Shown: in pieces, positions 18,397 to 26,356 of the stretch
How positions within the stretch are numbered: the first letter of the stretch is position 1
Layout of the letters: each line of letters begins with the position of its first letter
Virus record (IMG/VR): IMGVR_UViG_3300002063_000002
Span: 1-46,820 of that record
Source of the DNA: a virus
Length of the DNA stretch: 46,820 nucleotides
Reading direction: 5' to 3' (one strand)
Made by a program: the position numbers and the translations under genes
The notes under the pieces: model-generated
What the model saw: the letters and a program-made list of their open reading frames with translations, nothing else
Told to the model about the DNA's origin: nothing
Database searches by the model: none

Positions 18397-19386
18397 ATGA
18401 ACTTCATTCAAACAGCAAAAACAAATATCGAGGATAACGGGGGAGACTGGACAGACTTCTTCGTGACCTACAAAGACCACATCGAGGTGCAAGCCAACGG
18501 TGGTACTTTGGTTCCTCGAGAACTAGGGGAGTTCAATCAAGGTTTGGCAGATGCTATGCCAGATGCCTCACCGGCAGTCATTGCTGCCACTCAGGCACAA
18601 GTTTCTACCGAAGTAGATAGTGTAGACGTTTCTGTTAATGTCGATGCTCTACAGGCAGAAATTGATGCAGCAGAGGCCGTTAATGACACTCAACAGACTC
18701 AAATCAACCAAAATATCTCCGATATTGAAAGTATTGAGACTGTCAATGATGATCAGGGTACAAGTATTTTGGCAAACACTGAATCAATTACAGACAATGC
18801 TACCGCAGATGCAGCGTCAGATGCAGCACAACAAGCAGAAGACGACCAACAACAGTTAGAGATTGACGAGAATTTAGTTCGAGCTAACAAAATTATATTT
18901 CAAGTATCAGGTCAGTGGCTATTAGACCCCAACGAGCAAAATGGTTGGGGAGTCATTGGTGTGTATGACAATACTAACTCGCAAGATCTTGGAAACGTAG
19001 GAGCAGAAATCAATAGACTAGCAGGAGGTATTTCATTCCCATTTGATGTACGAATTGATCGCCTGCAACTATGGCATCAAAACTCAAACAACTCTGCTCA
19101 GGCTTGGGGGTGGGTTATGACAAGGCAACAAAAAGTTGCAGGTTCAAACACACGAACTAACACTGTAGTGTTCGATGAAGTTGCAGATAATGCTGGAGTT
19201 GCCCCACGGAACTATCTGAGTACAGCAAATCAATTAACAGATATTGATACTTCGGAATTACCAAACAATGTGCTACCCGCAGGACACATATTAAACCTTG
19301 CGATAGCAGCACCCACAGCAGTAACAACAAACTACTACGCTCGTGTAATGAGTGGGTTCTTAGAATTAACAAGAGTAAACAACTAA
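18397..19386 (+). CDS. Fibre-associated coiled-coil protein
   Basis: 329 aa. Acidic Q/D/I-rich heptad-like N-terminal half and a globular C-terminal half. Confidence 0.55.
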   Translation: MNFIQTAKTNIEDNGGDWTDFFVTYKDHIEVQANGGTLVPRELGEFNQGLADAMPDASPAVIAATQAQVSTEVDSVDVSVNVDALQAEIDAAEAVNDTQQTQINQNISDIESIETVNDDQGTSILANTESITDNATADAASDAAQQAEDDQQQLEIDENLVRANKIIFQVSGQWLLDPNEQNGWGVIGVYDNTNSQDLGNVGAEINRLAGGISFPFDVRIDRLQLWHQNSNNSAQAWGWVMTRQQKVAGSNTRTNTVVFDEVADNAGVAPRNYLSTANQLTDIDTSELPNNVLPAGHILNLAIAAPTAVTTNYYARVMSGFLELTRVNN

Positions 19387-19391
19387 CGCTT

Positions 19392-19961
19392 ATGTCAATA
19401 CAATCAGTACAAAATCTAAAAACACAACTTGAAGAAAACGGAACAACTTTGTCTGACTTCATGTTGGAATCTACAGAAAACCTTATCACTGTGGTGTTGA
19501 TGTTCGCCAGCATTCAAGACGCAAACGTAGCAGCAGGACTAGAGGAAGTTTTACCAGAAGAAGAGCTGCAGGAAATTCAAGAAGAGTTATCAGAAGAAGT
19601 TGAGACTTCAAGTAGCACACAGACATACGAACTAGTTACCACAAGCAGTACTCCACAGCTAGTAGCCGAATTTGACCTATTAAAAGACGGAGAAGTTGGT
19701 ATTATGAAAGTGACAGGGGCAATTAAGTATACACAGTACAATCGGCTGTATCATTCAGTTGCAGAAAGAACAAGAGGAATCCAAAAGCAAGGAAGCACAC
19801 TGTCTCTAGGTCGCGCACGTTGGGGATTCCTGACGTGGAACAGGTACGCATTTTATCCGTATTACCAGATAAGAAACAACAAAGTTCAAATTTGGGTACG
19901 AGGTAGGAACGGTATAAAAGCCGAGTGCAAAATTATTCACAAATTACTATTAAAATATTAA
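19392..19961 (+). CDS. Hypothetical protein
   Basis: 189-aa ORF with a tight junction. Confidence 0.6.
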   Translation: MSIQSVQNLKTQLEENGTTLSDFMLESTENLITVVLMFASIQDANVAAGLEEVLPEEELQEIQEELSEEVETSSSTQTYELVTTSSTPQLVAEFDLLKDGEVGIMKVTGAIKYTQYNRLYHSVAERTRGIQKQGSTLSLGRARWGFLTWNRYAFYPYYQIRNNKVQIWVRGRNGIKAECKIIHKLLLKY

Positions 19962-19963
19962 CT

Positions 19964-20308
19964 ATGACACCAGAACAAATTTTAGCGAAAGTATTTGCAG
20001 ATATTGAGCAAGTAAAACAGGAAATTCAAGAGAACCCACAGACAGCAAGCATGTTTTTGCCTGCGTTGATGGAGATGTTCACTAAGTTTGGTTTCTTTGC
20101 GCAAATGGAAACAGGAGAACCTAACACAATTAAATGGTTGATCCCGACTCTTATTGAGATCCAAAACCAAGTAGGAGAACAAAAAGTCTTCGGAGACTCT
20201 GCAAAACACGTACAGTCAGTACTTGCTGAGTACCAAGGATACCAACAAGAAATGACAGAAACAGGATCAGTACCAGAAGAATTACTAGCTAAAGTTAACC
20301 CTGAGTAA
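19964..20308 (+). CDS. Hypothetical protein
   Basis: Start at ATG 19964 (MTPEQIL), 2 nt after the previous stop. 114 aa. Confidence 0.6.
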   Translation: MTPEQILAKVFADIEQVKQEIQENPQTASMFLPALMEMFTKFGFFAQMETGEPNTIKWLIPTLIEIQNQVGEQKVFGDSAKHVQSVLAEYQGYQQEMTETGSVPEELLAKVNPE

Positions 20309-20309
20309 T

Positions 20310-20537
20310 ATGAATCTTGAAACAATCATCGACAATTTTGGAATTATCTTATCTCTTGTGGGGATTGTTTCGGTGTGGGCAGTAAATAATTACAAGATAA
20401 AAGAGCAAGGAATAGATATTGAAAAGCTAGAAGAGAAAGTGGAAAAACTTGAAGAAAAAGTTGATCCAGTATTGCTGGATATTCGAGAAAGGCTAGCTGG
20501 AATTGAAGCGATTCTGAGGCTTGGTAAAAACGACTAA
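20310..20537 (+). CDS. Small membrane protein (holin- or spanin-like candidate)
   Basis: 75 aa. One N-terminal TM helix (FGIILSLVGIVSVWAV), then a coiled coil (EKLEEKVEKLEEKV). Lies next to the endolysin. Confidence 0.45.
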   Translation: MNLETIIDNFGIILSLVGIVSVWAVNNYKIKEQGIDIEKLEEKVEKLEEKVDPVLLDIRERLAGIEAILRLGKND

Positions 20538-20538
20538 T

Positions 20539-21129
20539 ATGAAAATAGAAAACCCATTAATTTATGTAGTACTGTTCGTTGCAGCATGTATTGCTTTTCC
20601 GCCAGTCATTGTATTGGGTTTTTTCTATCCCATATGGAAGCATTTTGTTTTACCTTTACTTAAATTACAAAGGCCAGACTACTCTCTTAAAAAACATTTC
20701 TTTCCTATATTTAAAGTGTTCGCTTTAATATTAGATCAAGCAGCGAACGCTGTTGCAGGTGAACTAGGAAACGATTTGAATATCATTATGAAAGATGGTG
20801 ATTATCATCCAGAAGCATATAAGTACGGTAAGCCATACGACACGATATCTGAGGTTACTGGTGTTAACGAGCAAAGAGGCGTGTTAACTAAATTTGGATT
20901 ATTCTTTACTAAGATGCTTGGTATCGTATTGAATGATAATCATTCTATTTTGGCTGTCTCTTATACACATCCACAAGAGTATAACTATGGGGCACCAATC
21001 TTAATGTGGGTAAACTTCAGGGGGATGTTTGGCGTTGACAATTTAATATATATACAGTGTGCAATGTCGTTGAAGAACGGTAACTACTTAAATACGTGTA
21101 GAAACACAAAATTCAGACAGTGTGGCTAG
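20539..21129 (+). CDS. Membrane protein of the lysis region; its 3' end overlaps the tmRNA gene
   Basis: Start at ATG 20539 (TAA-T-ATG junction). N-terminal TM helix (LIYVVLFVAACIAFPPVIVLGFF). The last 36 codons (21021-21129) coincide with the tmRNA 5' region. Confidence 0.55.
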   Translation: MKIENPLIYVVLFVAACIAFPPVIVLGFFYPIWKHFVLPLLKLQRPDYSLKKHFFPIFKVFALILDQAANAVAGELGNDLNIIMKDGDYHPEAYKYGKPYDTISEVTGVNEQRGVLTKFGLFFTKMLGIVLNDNHSILAVSYTHPQEYNYGAPILMWVNFRGMFGVDNLIYIQCAMSLKNGNYLNTCRNTKFRQCG

Positions 21130-21356
21130 CCCATTTATGTCTCTGTTGGTAGGAAACACAGTTTCAGTCTAACAGCAGCACGCACACGATCCTGTCGGAG
21201 TTGGTGCGTCCTGAGTGATATCCGACAATCTTTTTTTCTGTAGAGAATTGAAACATGTTTGGTAGAACTTTAAACTACCTGGTGGAAGCACTCCTTATCA
21301 TTGTCGAGCATTGTATATAGTTATTTTGGACGGGGGTTCGATTCCCCCCATCTCCA
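21021..21356 (+). ncRNA. ssrA: tmRNA (transfer-messenger RNA), one-piece, 336 nt, CCA not encoded
   Basis: The 7-bp acceptor stem is GGGGATG (21021-27) with CATCTCC (21349-55), including a G3:U70 wobble and discriminator A. T-arm GGGGG-TTCGATT-CCCCC (21332-48). 5' GGCGTTGAC D-analogue. P2 helix is 21049-56 with 21312-19. An H-type pseudoknot is formed by 21176-85/21204-13 and 21193-99/21221-27. Confidence 0.85.
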
Positions 21357-21370
21357 CAAAATATGATAAT

Positions 21371-21398
21371 ATGTGTATATATTAATTAACACATTTTT
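21371..21398 (+). terminator. AT-rich hairpin plus T-run after the tmRNA
   Basis: ATGTGT-(12-nt loop)-ACACAT followed by TTTT, immediately before ATG 21401. Confidence 0.35.
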
Positions 21399-21400
21399 AT

Positions 21401-22816
21401 ATGGATAAAAACAGTAATAAAATTGTGAACGCCATTGTTTGGCTTCATAGAAAGATTCATTCAGAAAAGGGGCGTGCTTTGATTGCACGATATTACCCAT
21501 CTATTGAGTCTTATTTTAACGGGTCTAAGATTGCCAATTACCTTGATGTCGCTGAATGGTTTTATGGTGTATCCAAAAACCTTGGTGTAGCTGAAGATGC
21601 TCTTGCAGAAGATATTGCGGAAATGGAAGCAGCTGGTTCTCAGGAATTACCTGCAATGTCTACGCGACTACCAAAAAGAGATTTTGATGATTATGCTGAA
21701 ATTATTCGTAGTCGAATGCATAAGATTCAACATCAGGGTCGTATTGGTACTTGTGCTGCACATACGCATGAAAATATGCTACAAGGTGTGCAACGTAATC
21801 AGGTAGCAGTAGGTGATGGAAATATTAATCGTGAATCTTTTCATATTGATATCAATTTCTTGTATCGAAACTACCGTTTTGCTGGACAACGACCAGGGCA
21901 AGATACTGGTACATATGTGGGGCGACAAATACAAGCGATTATTAATGAGGGATTACTTGTACGTGTAACTGAGCCAATCCTGAACCGAAAATATTTAAAA
22001 GAACTTGACGAGTCTAAGGTGTTTGATGGTTCAAATGAGATGATGAGAATCTTCCCATACGAGTCTGTAGAAATGATTACGAATAACTTAGATGCGTTTG
22101 AACGAAAGATGGCTTCTATTGATGTAAGTCAATATGCAGTACAGCTATCTACTGATGTATTCCGACCAGGTTACTGGGGAGTAGATTTAATTACTAGGAT
22201 ATTTGGTAAACTATCAGGTCGACACTCTGTCGGTATTGTTGCTGAAAAAATAGATGGGGAAAGCGTATGTGTACTTTATAGTAAAGATAAACGACTAACT
22301 GATCCTCGAGTTTGTTACATGATGGACTCTGGTGATGGTAAGTTAAAACCGGTATCGTTTGATTTCTTGAAGAAAGCTAACGTGTTCTTGCGGGTAGTTA
22401 AACTACGAGCTAACGCTACTGATGTTGTTGCACCTAGTGAAAAGCGAAATGTTGTTGCACCTAAAAAACAGGTGATCGTAAACCCTAACGTGGTTGCACG
22501 AATTGAACCATTTGCTGCTACACGAAATAACCAAGGTGGTCCAGCAGTGGTTGAAGTTCAACGATTCTTGAATTGGTGGCGTGATGAATATGCTGATTCT
22601 ATTATTCGAGAAACAGGTTCAAACATGCTACCACTAGAGGTCAATGGTAAATACAACGCCTATGTAACGGTTGGAGTAGATAAATTCTCTAAGTGGTCTA
22701 AGGCAAGAAACTTGGGAACTTTCGGTTCTGTAAGTGAGTCCCAACTAATGCAATGGAACGGTAAGTACTGGGGTCAACGATGTATTGCGGTTGCAAAAAT
22801 GCTTTTAAACAAGTAA
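21401..22816 (+). CDS. Putative endolysin: papain-like cysteine peptidase plus C-terminal peptidoglycan-binding-like domain
   Basis: 471 aa. HQGRIGTCAAHTH resembles the Q-x5-C catalytic segment of C1-type peptidases, and GRHSVGIV is the candidate catalytic His. The C-terminus VVEVQRFLNWW...LEVNGKYNAYVTVGVDKFSKW fits the PG_binding_1 pattern. Confidence 0.55.
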   Translation: MDKNSNKIVNAIVWLHRKIHSEKGRALIARYYPSIESYFNGSKIANYLDVAEWFYGVSKNLGVAEDALAEDIAEMEAAGSQELPAMSTRLPKRDFDDYAEIIRSRMHKIQHQGRIGTCAAHTHENMLQGVQRNQVAVGDGNINRESFHIDINFLYRNYRFAGQRPGQDTGTYVGRQIQAIINEGLLVRVTEPILNRKYLKELDESKVFDGSNEMMRIFPYESVEMITNNLDAFERKMASIDVSQYAVQLSTDVFRPGYWGVDLITRIFGKLSGRHSVGIVAEKIDGESVCVLYSKDKRLTDPRVCYMMDSGDGKLKPVSFDFLKKANVFLRVVKLRANATDVVAPSEKRNVVAPKKQVIVNPNVVARIEPFAATRNNQGGPAVVEVQRFLNWWRDEYADSIIRETGSNMLPLEVNGKYNAYVTVGVDKFSKWSKARNLGTFGSVSESQLMQWNGKYWGQRCIAVAKMLLNK

Positions 22817-22848
22817 GATTAGTTCATTAATAGCTAGTAAAAAATATT

Positions 22849-23022
22849 ATGGTAGATGACACACAAGCAGTAACTGCTCAGACTCCAGAGCAAACACCTG
22901 AACAGACTCCAGAGGTAAATACTGAAGTTCAAGGACCAGCTCTTGATGCGGTTCAAACTGATGCAGTTAACACTGAGGATCAAGTTCAAACAGTTGATAC
23001 AACTGTAGAAAACGCAGGATAA
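22849..23022 (+). CDS. Small acidic T/Q/E/P-rich protein (57 aa, below the ORF-track cutoff)
   Basis: ATG 22849 to TAA 23020-22 translates to MVDDTQAVTAQTPEQTPEQTPEVNTEVQGPALDAVQTDAVNTEDQVQTVDTTVENAG. It is followed directly by a strong terminator. Confidence 0.45.
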   Translation: MVDDTQAVTAQTPEQTPEQTPEVNTEVQGPALDAVQTDAVNTEDQVQTVDTTVENAG

Positions 23023-23045
23023 TAATCCTATTTTTCTGCAACATT

Positions 23046-23073
23046 AAAGCCACACTTAGGCGTGGCTTTTTTG
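23046..23073 (+). terminator. Rho-independent terminator ending late block 1
   Basis: AAAGCCACAC-TTAG-GCGTGGC followed by TTTTTT. Confidence 0.7.
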
Positions 23074-23097
23074 TCGTTTTTCTAATATAATCAGTAT

Positions 23098-24258
23098 ATG
23101 AAAAAACAGTACACAATGGGCTTTATCAAGGAGCGAGTTAACTCACATATTAAAAACAAAGGTGCAATGCTTACCAGTTTCACGGAAACTGTAGCGCAAG
23201 GGGTGCGAGATGTAACAATGGACTTTGATATGCCAAGTACAAAGAAAGAGAGAATGATAGTGCCTGTCATTAAAGACGTGTATGGTTATAATTTCTTGTG
23301 TCCACCTGATATTAAAGGTTCAAAAGTAGTTGGGACTAGGTACACAGGGCAGCAATGCGCTTATTCTCCTCAGTTTGTTATACCTGACCGATTTAACCGA
23401 GAGCATCAAATTCGTGCAGACGATCTTTTTACTGTTGATCGTACTGATGACGTTCGTATTTTGAGAACTACTATGAATTATGGAGACCCAAGTATGTATA
23501 TAGCTGACCTCTCAGGAACACTGGGCTGGACTGCTACAGGAGACACTACCGGCATTACACATGAAGACTACAGGTACATTATTGGAGATGGTAGTTTGCG
23601 GTTTGATTTAAATCAAGGAGATACCAATGCGGGATTAACTAACTTAAACATTGGTACAGACGTAGATATTTCTGAATTTGTTACAGGTAGGGATTCTGGT
23701 TCTTTTTACCTTTTCTTGTTCATGCCTCAAGTTGCAGGTATTGATTCTATTAACGCTGAGTTTGGTAACGATCCAGCTAATCATTATTCAATAACTATTA
23801 ACGGACAAGCAGACCGACAACCTTTTGTTAAGGGTTGGAATGTTCTCAAATTTGATATTAGAAACTCTACAGAGGTAGGTACTGTGGTTAATACACAAAT
23901 TTCATACTTATCATTAAATATTAATAAGTCAGCATCTACGCAGGCAATCTCAGGGTTTTTACTTAATGGAGTAAGTATTGTGCCTAATAAATATTTTTAC
24001 TTAGAGTATTACAGTGAGTCTGTGTGGTATAACGACCAACAAGAAGAAATGGCTGAACCTGAACTAGATACGGATTACATTGAAGCCACTTCATCTGAGA
24101 TTAATGCATACATTTATAAGGTTGCGCACAATGCTGCTTTTGATGTAAAACTACCAGCTTACGAAATTGACCGGCTTGAAACAAAGGCAAAGAACGCTTT
24201 AGTGCAAGTGGGTCAAATGAACCCAGGTGAGGCTCGAATAATTGTTGATAAATATTAG
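23098..24258 (+). CDS. Virion structural protein (tail adaptor/tubular-A-like candidate)
   Basis: 386-aa ORF, first gene of the second late block, followed by a 690-aa partner. The function is guessed from position. Confidence 0.5.
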   Translation: MKKQYTMGFIKERVNSHIKNKGAMLTSFTETVAQGVRDVTMDFDMPSTKKERMIVPVIKDVYGYNFLCPPDIKGSKVVGTRYTGQQCAYSPQFVIPDRFNREHQIRADDLFTVDRTDDVRILRTTMNYGDPSMYIADLSGTLGWTATGDTTGITHEDYRYIIGDGSLRFDLNQGDTNAGLTNLNIGTDVDISEFVTGRDSGSFYLFLFMPQVAGIDSINAEFGNDPANHYSITINGQADRQPFVKGWNVLKFDIRNSTEVGTVVNTQISYLSLNINKSASTQAISGFLLNGVSIVPNKYFYLEYYSESVWYNDQQEEMAEPELDTDYIEATSSEINAYIYKVAHNAAFDVKLPAYEIDRLETKAKNALVQVGQMNPGEARIIVDKY

Positions 24259-24259
24259 T

Positions 24260-26332
24260 ATGCCGTATGTACCTCAAAACAAAGATGTATTCGTTGATAT
24301 AGAACTTTTTAAAAAGGGACTTCGGGTACAGGAAGATACAACCAGTGCTCCCGTTGGTAGTTTTCGTATCATGAAAAATGTACAGCTAACTGAGCGTGGA
24401 GGTATTGCTCCACGTCCAGGTGTATCTATATTAGGAGAACGAGATACTAATCCAGATAATCGTTGTCATGGTTTTTATAACTTTGTTCGATCATTTGCAT
24501 CTGATGAATTATTACTTAAAAACGTAGGAGACCAGACTCTGGCATACAGTTTAAAGAACCCAAATCTGGGATGGTTTGAAGTGCGTAAAAACAAATTTGC
24601 AGATCGTGAATGGGGTTACACTACAGCTTTAGTCAATCAAGAAAATCAAGATTATGTTATTGGTGGTAACAGGTATGACCCCTTTACGTATTGGACGGGA
24701 GATTTCGTTGTGACTGATGGCGCAACAGCAATTGGATCGACCACATTAATTATTGGTAGCTCTCTCTCTAATGAAATACTGGACACGGGCACAGTAGATA
24801 CGGCAACGACTACTACTGTGACCATCAACAGTGATGAGTGGGCTACTGATATGTGGTCAGATTTATATATTGAATTTGCTACAGGAGATGTGCGAAAAAT
24901 TGTGTCTAATACACTCAACACGTTAACATTCGTTGCGTTAGGTACCGCGCCAGCTAACGGTACCACTTTTGTAATTAAGCAAGCAGTTATTGCAGAAGGT
25001 CAATTAATTAGCTGGGGAGGAGAAGATAGGCTAGTACAATCTATCGACACAAATACAAGTATTACTTTGGCTAGTGGATTTACCACAGCTATACCTGCTG
25101 GCACAGGAGTCACTACAGCGTGGACCAACAAACCTTTAAACCCTCGAGGTAACAGATTTACTAATTATCTAGCACGAGTTATTTCAGGTAATGTGAGACT
25201 GGCAACGGCACTAGACAACGGAGGTACACAGCAAGGCTACACCGCTGGTGCTTCTGCTTTTGTATCTACTGCAGCTGATCCAATTAATTTTAATTACAGT
25301 GCCGCACGTATTGCTGGAGAAGGAGATATTATTTCTACACCATACGGAGGTGGTGATATTACTGACGTAAATCATTTTGAAGATCAATTCTATATTTTTA
25401 AGAAAAATTATATTGAAGCGTGTGAGTACAGCCAAGACTCGTTAGATGTTGTAAAACGAGAACCATTAAAAGAGCGAATTGGTTCTATAGGTAAGACAAT
25501 CTCGGGTTCTGATGAGGTGTATTTTGTTACAGCAGATAATGTGTTTACGTCAATTAGCCGTGTCGCCGACAAAGACCTGAAACCTCAGACATCTAATATA
25601 GGTTATGTTATTCAAAGATTGTTAAATCAGTATGATTTCCGAGATGTTGCAGGTATTGAGTACAAAGACAAAATCTACGTTGCTTGTCGATCTAACTCAG
25701 AAGAGTTGTATAATGATTTGGTAATTATTTACAACAAAGAACACGACTCGTTTGAAGGGGAATGGAATATAAATGTATTTGGATTTGAGATTTGGAATAA
25801 TGAGCTGTACTACGCTGAATCTAGTTCAGGAAATACATATAAATTATTTGATAAATTGGCAGATGATTTTGGAGATAGTATTATTCCTATTGAAACAGAG
25901 GTTGCTACCAACTTCTACAATTTCACTAGCACTCACAACAATCAAAACGCAGCGAACGGAATATATGTTGAAGGTTATACTAACCAACAGAGTGTTATTC
26001 GGTTTAAGGTATGGAAAGACTTTGAAGATGATGCGTTCCTAGAGTTTGAATTTAAGCCTGGTGACGAGAATCAATACTTGAGTGGGAACATTCAAGGTAC
26101 GTTCTTAGGGCAAAACTCAATGGGTCTGAACCCTATGGGTAGCATTACTAATGACTTTGATGAGCGTGGACGTAGACGATTCTATTTCCGGCTCTATCAT
26201 CCATTTACATATGGTCGTCACTTTTCTATGGGCTGGAGTAGTAAAGGTATAGACGAAGACTTTGAACTTATCCGATTTGGTGTATCTGTATCAGATTCAT
26301 ACAATGTGGATGCAGGCACAGTCAAAACATAG
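24260..26332 (+). CDS. Large virion structural protein (tail tube/nozzle-like candidate)
   Basis: Start at ATG 24260 (MPYVPQNKD), 1 nt after the previous stop. 690 aa with beta-rich composition. Confidence 0.5.
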   Translation: MPYVPQNKDVFVDIELFKKGLRVQEDTTSAPVGSFRIMKNVQLTERGGIAPRPGVSILGERDTNPDNRCHGFYNFVRSFASDELLLKNVGDQTLAYSLKNPNLGWFEVRKNKFADREWGYTTALVNQENQDYVIGGNRYDPFTYWTGDFVVTDGATAIGSTTLIIGSSLSNEILDTGTVDTATTTTVTINSDEWATDMWSDLYIEFATGDVRKIVSNTLNTLTFVALGTAPANGTTFVIKQAVIAEGQLISWGGEDRLVQSIDTNTSITLASGFTTAIPAGTGVTTAWTNKPLNPRGNRFTNYLARVISGNVRLATALDNGGTQQGYTAGASAFVSTAADPINFNYSAARIAGEGDIISTPYGGGDITDVNHFEDQFYIFKKNYIEACEYSQDSLDVVKREPLKERIGSIGKTISGSDEVYFVTADNVFTSISRVADKDLKPQTSNIGYVIQRLLNQYDFRDVAGIEYKDKIYVACRSNSEELYNDLVIIYNKEHDSFEGEWNINVFGFEIWNNELYYAESSSGNTYKLFDKLADDFGDSIIPIETEVATNFYNFTSTHNNQNAANGIYVEGYTNQQSVIRFKVWKDFEDDAFLEFEFKPGDENQYLSGNIQGTFLGQNSMGLNPMGSITNDFDERGRRRFYFRLYHPFTYGRHFSMGWSSKGIDEDFELIRFGVSVSDSYNVDAGTVKT

Positions 26333-26356
26333 TATTATAAAAATAACAATAAAATC

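Noticed and set aside
21150-21240. An alternative tmRNA tag frame reading ...SLTAA (CTA ACA GCA GCA at 21168-21179), which looks like the canonical ...ALAA ending.
   Set aside because: That frame has no stop after the AA codons. It continues through the pseudoknot to TAG at about 21241, so it cannot be the tag terminus.
21331-21356. The tmRNA-like 3' end could be merely an attP core, since phages often integrate into host ssrA and carry its 3' fragment.
   Set aside because: The matching 5' acceptor strand, P2 helix and pseudoknot are all present 300 nt upstream, so the whole gene is here. No integrase or excisionase is encoded anywhere in the genome.
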